From the IMG/VR virus record IMGVR_UViG_3300040816_000831: a stretch of DNA of 64,000 bases, one strand, 5' to 3'. Positions 48,301-56,735 of this stretch are shown here, piece after piece. The stretch comes from a virus. The notes under the pieces were generated by a model. That model was given only the letters and a program-made list of their open reading frames with translations. It was not told the DNA's origin and did no database searches. Numbering within the stretch: position 1 is the stretch's first letter; the number at the start of each line of letters is the position of its first letter. The position numbers and the translations under genes were made by a program.

Positions 48301-48982
48301 CTGTTATTCCAGCACCATTTGCTGCTGCTGCATTTGCCGCACCACTCGCAAGAGTAATATTTAAATCATCAACTTCCAATGTGGTTGAATTAATTGTGGT
48401 TGTTGTACCATCAACCTGAAGATTACCTGCAATAACAACTGTTCCTGTATTATCGCCTACTGCGGCAGGGTCAATTGTAAATGTAGCAGGTCCTGCAATA
48501 TAACCTGTGGTTGTAATATTACCAAATGTTGGTGTTGATGAAGTGGCAACATCTTGCCCTATTGATATTGCTCCACCCGATACAGTAACACCTGTACTAC
48601 CAGAGATTGCTCCCTGTGCTCTTGCATTTGTGAAATATAAATTTGTTGAACCTTCTCCAATATCATCAGTATCAAGTGTGACTGAACCTCCTAATGATAC
48701 AGAGTTTGAATTAACTGTTAATGAACTATTTGTTAAACTGGCATTTGGTATGGAACCAATTTGAATGACTCCAGTACCTGAATCATAACTTAAACCACCA
48801 CCAGTAACAGATACAGAACCTCTGGCTCTTGCATTTGTAAAATAAGTATTAGTACTACCTTCACTGACATTATCAGTGGTAATACTACTTAAACTAGAAT
48901 GTGTTACAGCACCCGAAGCAAGATGGTCACTTGTGACTGCTCCAGTTCCGATAACATCTGATGTGATTTTTGTTAGTGCCAT
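45371..48982 (-). CDS. Tail fibre protein
   Basis: MALTKI start, EGSTN repeats, GxVGIG repeats, distinct C-terminal domains; late promoter 48988-48995. Confidence 0.8.
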   Translation of the reverse strand: MALTKITSDVIGTGAVTSDHLASGAVTHSSLSSITTDNVSEGSTNTYFTNARARGSVSVTGGGLSYDSGTGVIQIGSIPNASLTNSSLTVNSNSVSLGGSVTLDTDDIGEGSTNLYFTNARAQGAISGSTGVTVSGGAISIGQDVATSSTPTFGNITTTGYIAGPATFTIDPAAVGDNTGTVVIAGNLQVDGTTTTINSTTLEVDDLNITLASGAANAAAANGAGITVDGASATITYDGTNDEWDFNKDINVTGTATMDGLTVDGNILFNSEGNELRFNTSSTPVNKIYTDDTYVSNGLTIDAENGVVLKSTNNYLLLDDTGTNEMVLNVDGGERMRVTASGIDVTGTVVADGLTVEADKDTWISRIYNTGSDANAQGLLVRSDATAAHDATVMGVYADGGYKMVVRSTGRVGIGTTSPNAAFKLDVEGAVRTNGTGLYVSENYSSGNNVYRIYDNSNEFRIESQIFGNANTASSPIVFATSNTDGRLARMTIDSSGKVAIGTTPLDNATLTVKAPYDTNTGIHLQEYDTSNAWGLYTVKGDDTFRITRYASAVYSDKIVIKSNGYVGINEDNPQALFVVNNNGATNNAFYVDVGNGAEQTLFEHTGSNTPVPFVITKSNYTGASQEYGILDLHMAHNTVGGGSNLHFSLKNSSDTKIEYGGIGASIVDNTNSSEDGNLHFYVTEAGNIRQEKLTLRYDGNVGIGETNPSEKLHIKHDSGALLIRLENEDSAAETYTQYVCQDGGFFNTGISSNASNYAFFNTNQGSYRWYGGGGGNPGMYYDGNLKIGSGGAASFTAGEGLEIEKAGTATLRLQNTSTSKSVELNQESHFVIEAQNTGMDISLQPTRVVDVQKPIHSSTDSGTNFYTHLCTGSFYSSSDTGVAIHTNIPGHNQSGNANMFSFRVVGYWYNSNNGGAIDMVLGCYSGENNFYNTTVQGTMPEEWVGEIQFLTNPSGKVTVFLGTTSGVARCELAVTDFVQGFQNVLENYAVGWSMSTLSSLSGYSNGTKAVYRDPKGILIDGIQTSPMNTTSTGAVVLSTSATYTPMSKNSHFKIDIFCNVNTTDDANGGNQNQNPYRYGRMQRSINGGTWTDCSDLGVDGFSQGAQQAHIELSPPRVGSDNTDPNTYMSQQDRYRTTSKYSCIIDDPDFSDEGQTIAYRLVLYHAGGNSFIQIGVANGFGSDDAYPVQPYGFVATEILQGTF

Positions 48983-48990
48983 TTATCTAT

Positions 48991-49041
48991 TTATATCCCA
49001 GAGTTTTCATTTGCTGTTTTTTTAGCTTCTTTTATTGCCAT
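48991..49041 (-). pseudogene. 16-codon mini-ORF / probable gene remnant
   Basis: AAGGA SD then MAIKEAKKTANENSGI*. Confidence 0.3.
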
Positions 49042-49050
49042 TGTTTATCC

Positions 49051-49377
49051 TTATGCTTCCGGTGTTATATTAAACCCGTCGGGGTATGCGTCAATTGTCG
49101 CTTCTATTTCTGCTTTCATTTCGTTTAATCTTGTACTTCCTACTCTTGTTTCTATCCATGATTGTAAAGTTGTTTTATTAATTGAAGTTATCTCAGAAAA
49201 AGTATCAGTTGATACGCCTTGCTCTACGTTATAGTCTAACGCACCCCCTAGAGTGGCAGACTTGCCATCCTTTGTTCCTGTAATAGTCCAACCTATTTCT
49301 TGTATAAGGTCTCTTTGTTGACTTTCTATATTGTAAGGAACTATTTTATTTATTTTTATATTCCATGTGTATTCCAT
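49051..49377 (-). CDS. Small tail-fibre-associated protein
   Basis: YTWNI...W.ITGT...WIE pattern typical of fibre accessory genes; SD AGGAG. Confidence 0.65.
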   Translation of the reverse strand: MEYTWNIKINKIVPYNIESQQRDLIQEIGWTITGTKDGKSATLGGALDYNVEQGVSTDTFSEITSINKTTLQSWIETRVGSTRLNEMKAEIEATIDAYPDGFNITPEA

Positions 49378-49386
49378 ATTTTTCTC

Positions 49387-51495
49387 CTATGATATAGTGA
49401 CCGTAAGGTCTTTAAAATCTGTTTCATGGTCACTGCTAGTGTCCCCTGCTTTTGTAATTCTATAGTAAATTGAGGGGTGAATATAAGCAGGAATATCTAT
49501 ATCAAAGTAGAATCCTTGGTGAGATATAGTTCCATAACTAACTGAATGACTACCACTCGATCTTATAATTGTTGCTTCTGATAAAGTTATACTGTTATTA
49601 GTATACCCTGAAAGCATTGCACTACAGTATTTTCCTTGATAACCTGATATATAAACTTCTAATTGAAACCCACCCCAAGCATTTCCTGATGTACCTGTTG
49701 GAGCAGGAACAGTTACTCTTACATTTCCACTAAAAGTACCTGAGCTACCACTCGAGCCAAAAAACGTCCAGTAATTACTAAGATGTCCTGCATCCTTTAT
49801 TCCGGCTGACGACTGAGCGCACCCATTGATAAGTAGACCACCTTTTTTAACATGTAAACCAGCAAGATTATTAGGCACAGCACTCTCATTACCAACAGTC
49901 ATGTATCTATCTGAATCAATAAGTACTGCCTGACTTCCTCCTACAGATATTCCTAACTTATCAGCAGCTGGCCAATATACACCAGTATTTTCATCATCAT
50001 ATGAAGCAAGACCCGGTAGATTTGCTGCAGTATCGCCTGATGAATATTGATTTGGCCTAATTGAACCACCACTTCCTGTTCTTTTCCATTCTCCTGCAAC
50101 CGTATCGTTTAGATAAAACTTCATTCTAGTTGCCGTTGTTTGGTCAGTTTCTATACGATTGTTCATCGTGGTATGAAACCCTAAACCATCTGCACCTACT
50201 TTTGCGCCATCTGAAGCAAAAGAGAGTTTTCCATTTCCTGCCGCCATTAACCAACCAGTTTGTGAACTAGCCGCATTTATAGTTATACCACCTGCATAAA
50301 CACCTAAATGATTAACTGTATAAGTCCCTGCAGTATTTGGATAAACGTGCCCTACACTTACCGAACCACCAATTCCAACATTGCCTGAATTATCCAATAC
50401 TAAAACATCAGTAACATTAGAAGCACTACCACTACCACCACCATCAGCATAGTTAAAATATAGTCCTGAACCTTGAGCAACTGCAAACCAGTCTCTAGCC
50501 TGACCAGTATCGCTCCAAACTATTGCTGGTGAACTAGTATCTTGAATTACTAAAGCTGCTTGTGAATTAGCGTAACTTGTAGGATTACTCGTATTAATTC
50601 CAACGTTGCCTCCATTAAAATAACTAACACCAGCAGTATATATTTGAGCCTTAACAGTTCCTGCGTCTGATAGTTGTAATATACCATAGTCCTCGGCACC
50701 ACTACTACCTGTACCTAAAAATGCAATTTCATTAGTTGTATTATTCTTAACAATGTTAAGGGCGGCGTCTGCTCCGCTTCTATCTATTGTTAACCCTCTT
50801 CCTGGATTATCTGTTCCAATACCAACGTTGCCTGAAGAATCTATGTTAAGCCTAGTTACATAGTTTGCATTATTAGCATCGCCTTGTTGTATAGATAAAT
50901 CATTACCTGCATCATTTTGTAAAAATCTAAAACCAAAAACACTTGGTTTATCAAATTCTAGGTATCCATCTAAAAGTTTTAAATTACCTGCAACATCTAA
51001 TTTTTGTGAAGGATTATCTGTTCCAATACCAACGTTGCCTGAAGAATCAACAACTAAAGTAGCTGCAGGAGCATTTTCATGCATAGAAAATGGTACAACA
51101 GAATCAGTTGTATTTGTAATATGAAACCCAACTTGACCATTTACAGTACCAGTTCCAAATAAAATATCATCAAAGCCACTTCTAGATAATGTTAATTGAT
51201 TACCTGCGGCTGTAATATCAAGAGCTCCTGTTAAACTTCCACCTGCTAAAGGTAATTTAGTAGCAATACTGTTTGTTACAGTGGTACTAAAGTTTGCATC
51301 GTCACCAAGAGCTGCAGCTAATTCATTCAGTGTATTTAAAGCATCAGGTGAACTATCAACTAATGCTGAAATTTCTTGTTGAACAAAAGCAGTAGTCGCA
51401 GGAGCAGTTGTATTTGTTCCTGTACTTGCTGTTGTCAGAGTAATTTGGTCTGGTGTTATTACTCCATCTGCGATTAATTTTACTTTTGTTGCCAT
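49387..51495 (-). CDS. Tail fibre protein
   Basis: ATTAFV, PDALNTLNELAAALGDD, GNVGIGTDNP repeats. Confidence 0.8.
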   Translation of the reverse strand: MATKVKLIADGVITPDQITLTTASTGTNTTAPATTAFVQQEISALVDSSPDALNTLNELAAALGDDANFSTTVTNSIATKLPLAGGSLTGALDITAAGNQLTLSRSGFDDILFGTGTVNGQVGFHITNTTDSVVPFSMHENAPAATLVVDSSGNVGIGTDNPSQKLDVAGNLKLLDGYLEFDKPSVFGFRFLQNDAGNDLSIQQGDANNANYVTRLNIDSSGNVGIGTDNPGRGLTIDRSGADAALNIVKNNTTNEIAFLGTGSSGAEDYGILQLSDAGTVKAQIYTAGVSYFNGGNVGINTSNPTSYANSQAALVIQDTSSPAIVWSDTGQARDWFAVAQGSGLYFNYADGGGSGSASNVTDVLVLDNSGNVGIGGSVSVGHVYPNTAGTYTVNHLGVYAGGITINAASSQTGWLMAAGNGKLSFASDGAKVGADGLGFHTTMNNRIETDQTTATRMKFYLNDTVAGEWKRTGSGGSIRPNQYSSGDTAANLPGLASYDDENTGVYWPAADKLGISVGGSQAVLIDSDRYMTVGNESAVPNNLAGLHVKKGGLLINGCAQSSAGIKDAGHLSNYWTFFGSSGSSGTFSGNVRVTVPAPTGTSGNAWGGFQLEVYISGYQGKYCSAMLSGYTNNSITLSEATIIRSSGSHSVSYGTISHQGFYFDIDIPAYIHPSIYYRITKAGDTSSDHETDFKDLTVTIS

Positions 51496-51503
51496 TTAAC
51501 TAT

Positions 51504-54134
51504 TTATCCTTCCAACTCTGTTATTCTTGCTTCTGCAGCATCTAATTTTGTTTTAAGTTCTTGTATTGCTTTTGTTAAAAGAGGTACTATTTTTGAATAA
51601 TCTAATTCTTGATAGATAGGTTCTTCACCCGTTCGTGTCCATGTTTGACCTTCTTTACAGAAATGTTCATACATTCCTTCAGATACTACATTCCCATCAG
51701 AATCAGTAATTGTACCTATAGGTTCCATGTGGTCTTTTTCACCTGTAACACTGCCAGGAACTATATCCATAACTTCGTGTGCTAAAAACCCTTGTTTTGT
51801 TTTTCCTGGAGCTTTAATAAAATTAAACCTAGCTGGTTTTAATTGACTAACTAAAGTAAGTGCATTCCAATCATAATCAACATTTTCTTTTAATCTATAA
51901 TCTGATGTATCATTGAAAGTAATGCTTCCATCAGCATTATGTCTAACTGTACCAACAGTACCACCACCATCAGTAAATCTAATAAAAGTAGCACTTGAAG
52001 ATGGAGCTTGATCACGTAAATAACAAGTTAAAACGGTATTACCAATACCAGTTGATACATCAGAATCTTCTATAACAACAGTTCCACCAGGTGTTGAATT
52101 TCTACTAAATACAGCAGCATGAGCATATGTGTTATGGGCAAAGGAATTAGTGGCGTTTGTAAAATAGTGTGTTCCTTTTGTATCAAGAGCCATGCGAACA
52201 ACTCCATTTCCCCCATCAGAATCATCTTCTTGAATAAGTCTTAATACGGAAGCATTAGAGACATTGAAGGTATCAAAACTGAATTTTTTTGCAGTTGTAG
52301 AGCCAGAAGGTGCCCTTAACGTTATTTGCCCACCTTCATTTGAAGAAGAGAAACTGTCTTTTAAACTCTCTATAGTACCGTTTACAGTAAGTTTAGAGGA
52401 AGGATTATTAGTTCCAATTCCAACGTTGCCTGATGAGTCTATTCTCATTCGTTCATAGGCACCACTATTAGCTTCGCCATTTGCTCCGCTTGATGTAGTC
52501 CAAAGAGTTAAATATCCACCATAGTCTCCATCAGCTGCAGTTGTCTGTTTACCACCACTTACAAAACCCATCTGATATTGTCCGCTTTGAGCTGCATTAC
52601 CCATATAACCAGATATTGATAGCCAACCGCCTTCAGTAACTGATGTATTTGTATTTTCTAAATTTAAATTACCATCACGTCCACGTCCATAAACACCATT
52701 AGAGTCAGACATTCTAATATCTAATTTAGCAACAGGACTGTCGGTTCCAATTCCAACGTTGCCTGAAGAATCAATACGCATTTTTTCTGCAGGAGTTCCG
52801 CCAGATGTAGCTGTTTTCCATACAAATGCACCCCCAGTATTTGAACTACTAAAATTACCGCCACTTATTGTGCTCGTTACAACATCTCCCGTTTCACCAC
52901 TTCCAAATACCCATGTATCTCCTAAATATCCTTTTTGTGCGTAATATGCATCATTACCCGAACCTATTCTTATTCTTGCAGCACCCCCCGATTTATTTAC
53001 ATGTAGTGTATCGTCTGGAGTAGTTTCTCCAATTCCAACGTTACCTGATGCATCAATACGCATTCTTTCTTCTGGATTAGAGCCATTTGCTCTAGTACCA
53101 AAAGCTAAGTAAGCAGAATAGTGTCCTGATTGTCCACTTGTATTAGCACCAAAAATATATGGACCAGTTCTATTATTTACACCGTCATGATAACCAAAAA
53201 GAATTTTACTACCAGTATTTTCTGCACCTGTGGTATCTGTTGTATCTACTAGTAACTGACTATTAAAAATACCAGCAGGACTCGCACCTTTTATATGAAG
53301 TTCAGAAGAAGGACTAGTCGTTCCAATTCCAAGCGATTCAGCACTTGCATCCCAAAATAGTTTTGCAGTCGTGCCAGTGTCTTCGTAGAAGCTGATGTCT
53401 CCGCCCTCGGCAACAGAAAGACTTTTGCTATTATTGGTATATAAATCTATTCCTCTTGCTCCTGCTGTAGTTCCAGTCGCTAAAACTACATTGTCTGAAC
53501 CATCTAAATATAAAACATTACGATTACTTGAGCCTGAATCAGTAAACTGGATATTACCATCAAAAGCAGTATTTTGAAGTAATGTACTACCTTCAACAGT
53601 CAACCCATCAGCAGTCACTGTACCTGTTACATTTACAGATTTATTAAAATCCCATTCTGAATTTGTCTCATCCCATAATATACTTGCACTTGAACCATCA
53701 ATGATAATACCACTTCCACCTGAATTTGCCTCTGTTTGTCCGGCTCCAAGTGTTATGGTTTGGTCTGTCACATCTAAGTCTGTGACATTATAAGAATTAA
53801 CATTACCAGTAATATCTAAATCACCAGTGACTGCAAGATTACCAGTAACTGTTGCACCGGTAGAAGAAGTTTGAAATACAGTTGAACCACCATAAGCAAG
53901 AGCAACTTCACCAGTTGAATCTGTAATTGTAATTGCACTTCTAGGTGTTGTACCTCTTTGTATTAATAAATTATCAGATGACCTTAATACTGAATTAGTA
54001 CCATCATTAAATATTTTTAATTCAGAAGCATCACCAAATTGTATTTGTTCGTTATCACCAAGCGTAATATTACCCTGAAGGTCAAATCCTCCTGATGTGT
54101 CTAATAAACTACTTGGTATTTTTGTTAGTGCCAT
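51504..54134 (-). CDS. Tail fibre with C-terminal peptidase S74 intramolecular chaperone
   Basis: GNVGIG repeats; TSDYRLKEN...GFLAHEV...LDYSKIVPLLTKAIQEL. Confidence 0.88.
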   Translation of the reverse strand: MALTKIPSSLLDTSGGFDLQGNITLGDNEQIQFGDASELKIFNDGTNSVLRSSDNLLIQRGTTPRSAITITDSTGEVALAYGGSTVFQTSSTGATVTGNLAVTGDLDITGNVNSYNVTDLDVTDQTITLGAGQTEANSGGSGIIIDGSSASILWDETNSEWDFNKSVNVTGTVTADGLTVEGSTLLQNTAFDGNIQFTDSGSSNRNVLYLDGSDNVVLATGTTAGARGIDLYTNNSKSLSVAEGGDISFYEDTGTTAKLFWDASAESLGIGTTSPSSELHIKGASPAGIFNSQLLVDTTDTTGAENTGSKILFGYHDGVNNRTGPYIFGANTSGQSGHYSAYLAFGTRANGSNPEERMRIDASGNVGIGETTPDDTLHVNKSGGAARIRIGSGNDAYYAQKGYLGDTWVFGSGETGDVVTSTISGGNFSSSNTGGAFVWKTATSGGTPAEKMRIDSSGNVGIGTDSPVAKLDIRMSDSNGVYGRGRDGNLNLENTNTSVTEGGWLSISGYMGNAAQSGQYQMGFVSGGKQTTAADGDYGGYLTLWTTSSGANGEANSGAYERMRIDSSGNVGIGTNNPSSKLTVNGTIESLKDSFSSSNEGGQITLRAPSGSTTAKKFSFDTFNVSNASVLRLIQEDDSDGGNGVVRMALDTKGTHYFTNATNSFAHNTYAHAAVFSRNSTPGGTVVIEDSDVSTGIGNTVLTCYLRDQAPSSSATFIRFTDGGGTVGTVRHNADGSITFNDTSDYRLKENVDYDWNALTLVSQLKPARFNFIKAPGKTKQGFLAHEVMDIVPGSVTGEKDHMEPIGTITDSDGNVVSEGMYEHFCKEGQTWTRTGEEPIYQELDYSKIVPLLTKAIQELKTKLDAAEARITELEG

Positions 54135-54135
54135 A

Positions 54136-56700
54136 TTATAATCCTGCCTCGTCTAATCTAGATTTTAAATCGTCTATTATTGTTTGTTGTTCTTGTATAG
54201 CTTTGGTTAAATACCCCACTAAACCTACTGTATCGACACCCATATCTTTTTGACCATCAGTACCAACTGTAATATCTGGTATTATTGCTTCAACTTCTTG
54301 AGCAATAAATCCTACTTGTGTTCTTGGAGTTTCTACTTCGCCTCCATCAGAACTTACTTCATAATCTTTTATAAAATTAAATTTTCTTACTTCTAATTGA
54401 GTTATTTTATCTAAAGCAGTATCAGTTACAGATATTATATTTTCTTTTAAATCTCTATCAGATACATTACTTCCTGCAAAAGAGTAATTACCATTTCCGT
54501 AAACTCTTAACAATCCATCAGCACCCCAATGAGATAAATGAATATAGTTACTATCAGAACCTGACGCATTCCATTCATATCCTAAATACCCCATATTTTT
54601 AGTGTTTGTAGATTTACCTAATCCTAAAAATACGTCTTCTCCGGCCGTTAAATTTGGTACTTTATTTTCTTGTACATGATTAAAAGCATTACTATTCACA
54701 TTATTCACAATAAGATTTGCAGTACCTGCAGTTCCAGCTGGTGTTATTTGAACTGAAGCAGAAAATGTTCCATTACTTTCTAATCTTTTGCCAAGTGCAA
54801 TATTTCCATTAGTGCCAGATGAAGTATGAAATATACTAAGTTCTCTACTAGAACCAGATAAATCAATACCAAAACCTGATTTAATACTACTTCCGCCGTA
54901 AACGTAAATGATTTCACCATCAGCTTGTCCTAGATTTAAGTTTCCTCTATTACTACCATTATCATAAGTAAGAGATACCTGAGTATTACTACTTTCATCT
55001 AATATTTTATATCCAGCTATTCTATTGTTAGCTGTGTTTTGAGCAACATAATGAACATCCGCTCCACCACTATCTACAGTTGTTAGATGTAAACTACCTG
55101 TAGGACTAGTCGTTCCAATTCCAACTCTTCCTGCATCATCAACAATAAACATATCTCCTTCAGTACCACCTACCCATGTAACTCTAAATGGGTCTACTCC
55201 ACTATTACCTCCAGACTTAATTGATATTCCAGGATTAGTAGCCCCACCAACTACATTAAGTTTGCTTGAAGTACTCTCTGTTCCAATACCAACATTGCCA
55301 CCTTGTGGATTTATGAGAAATGGCCTGGCCCCGGAATAGTCTGTAGGGACTTTACATTGGATATATCCAGCATAGTTATTTGCACTGGCGTTAATAATTC
55401 CCATCAGAATTTCATTTCCACTCCAAGTTCTATCGGTATAGCCTATACGAGCAAAGCCTACTGGAGTAGTTCCTGAAGTCCCTGGAAGACCAAAACTAGT
55501 ACTTGAAGATAAATCTAATTTTAGAGTTGGACTATTTGTTCCAATTCCAACGTTGCCATCGAAATCAATACGCATTCTTTCTTCTAATGAATTACCAAGG
55601 TTTGTGGAAAAAGCTAATCCTGTTTTATAGTCCCCAGCACTCCAACTAACCTCTGCTTTTGCATAAATTTGCGCGCCATTAATATAAGTTGAACCATCTT
55701 CTGTTCCTGAAAAATTAATTACGCCCAAAGAGTTAGTATTATTAATTGTAGAATCATTTCTAGTTAGATATAAATTTGTTACTCCAGTAGACTCAATCTC
55801 TAAATTACCTCTTGGACTATCTGTACCAATACCTACGTTGCCTGTATCTCTAGCAATTGTTAATCTAGTTGTATCTACACTAGAACCAACACCAATTTTA
55901 AATAAATTATTTGCACCATCATATCTAATAGATGCACCATTAACAGGACTTGCAGAAGTTCCTTCATGTAATAATATCTTTGAATCTGCAGCTGCTAAAT
56001 TAGTATTAATATCTAAAGTAGCACCTGATTGATTAACAATATTTAAATCTGTTTGAGGACTATCAGTTCCAATTCCAACTCTTTTTTGTTCTGTATCAAC
56101 AAGTAAAGTTGTTGCATTTGTAGCATTAGGATATTTAATTATTATTTCGTCTGCACCTGCACCTGTAAAATTATATCTTAATGTATTATCGTTATATTGA
56201 TATAATATCCATGCATCTGTATCATGAGCATCTGTTGGTTGTAGATAAAACCCACCACCTGATTTAGCAGTTATAGCTCCTGTAGATGTAATAGCACCAC
56301 TAGAGATAGTTCCTGTTAGATTAATACTTTTATTAAAGTCCCATTCATCATTGGTTTCATCCCAAAGAATACTTGCATTTGAGCCATCTACAACAATGCC
56401 TGAACCACCAGATGCTGATTCAACTTGGCCTACACCTAATGTAATTGTTTGGTCTGTGACATCTAAATCAGTCACTGAAAGAGAGTTGACATCGCCGGTA
56501 ATATTTAAATCACCAGTTAAATTTAAATCACCACCAACTGCAATATCATTGGTTAATGTTAAATTATTAAATGTTGGAGAGTCTGTAGACGCGAGTGTTT
56601 GTCCACCAAGTGCCGCAGATGTAACTACGCCTGATGAACTTACGACTTCTTGGCCTCCTACTTCGAGACCATTTTTAACTATGAAATTTTTATCTGCCAT
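54136..56700 (-). CDS. Tail fibre with C-terminal peptidase S74 intramolecular chaperone
   Basis: GNVGIG repeats; VSDRDLKENI...GFIAQEVE...LTKAIQEQQ; late promoter 56733-56740. Confidence 0.88.
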   Translation of the reverse strand: MADKNFIVKNGLEVGGQEVVSSSGVVTSAALGGQTLASTDSPTFNNLTLTNDIAVGGDLNLTGDLNITGDVNSLSVTDLDVTDQTITLGVGQVESASGGSGIVVDGSNASILWDETNDEWDFNKSINLTGTISSGAITSTGAITAKSGGGFYLQPTDAHDTDAWILYQYNDNTLRYNFTGAGADEIIIKYPNATNATTLLVDTEQKRVGIGTDSPQTDLNIVNQSGATLDINTNLAAADSKILLHEGTSASPVNGASIRYDGANNLFKIGVGSSVDTTRLTIARDTGNVGIGTDSPRGNLEIESTGVTNLYLTRNDSTINNTNSLGVINFSGTEDGSTYINGAQIYAKAEVSWSAGDYKTGLAFSTNLGNSLEERMRIDFDGNVGIGTNSPTLKLDLSSSTSFGLPGTSGTTPVGFARIGYTDRTWSGNEILMGIINASANNYAGYIQCKVPTDYSGARPFLINPQGGNVGIGTESTSSKLNVVGGATNPGISIKSGGNSGVDPFRVTWVGGTEGDMFIVDDAGRVGIGTTSPTGSLHLTTVDSGGADVHYVAQNTANNRIAGYKILDESSNTQVSLTYDNGSNRGNLNLGQADGEIIYVYGGSSIKSGFGIDLSGSSRELSIFHTSSGTNGNIALGKRLESNGTFSASVQITPAGTAGTANLIVNNVNSNAFNHVQENKVPNLTAGEDVFLGLGKSTNTKNMGYLGYEWNASGSDSNYIHLSHWGADGLLRVYGNGNYSFAGSNVSDRDLKENIISVTDTALDKITQLEVRKFNFIKDYEVSSDGGEVETPRTQVGFIAQEVEAIIPDITVGTDGQKDMGVDTVGLVGYLTKAIQEQQTIIDDLKSRLDEAGL

Positions 56701-56735
56701 TTACCTTTTCACTCTCCAAGGTTGATATAATCTAT

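Noticed and set aside
41611-56700. Diversity-generating retroelement or invertase shufflon in the fibre array
   Set aside because: No reverse transcriptase or recombinase in the window, all genes share one orientation, and duplicated blocks differ mostly at synonymous sites rather than only at adenines.
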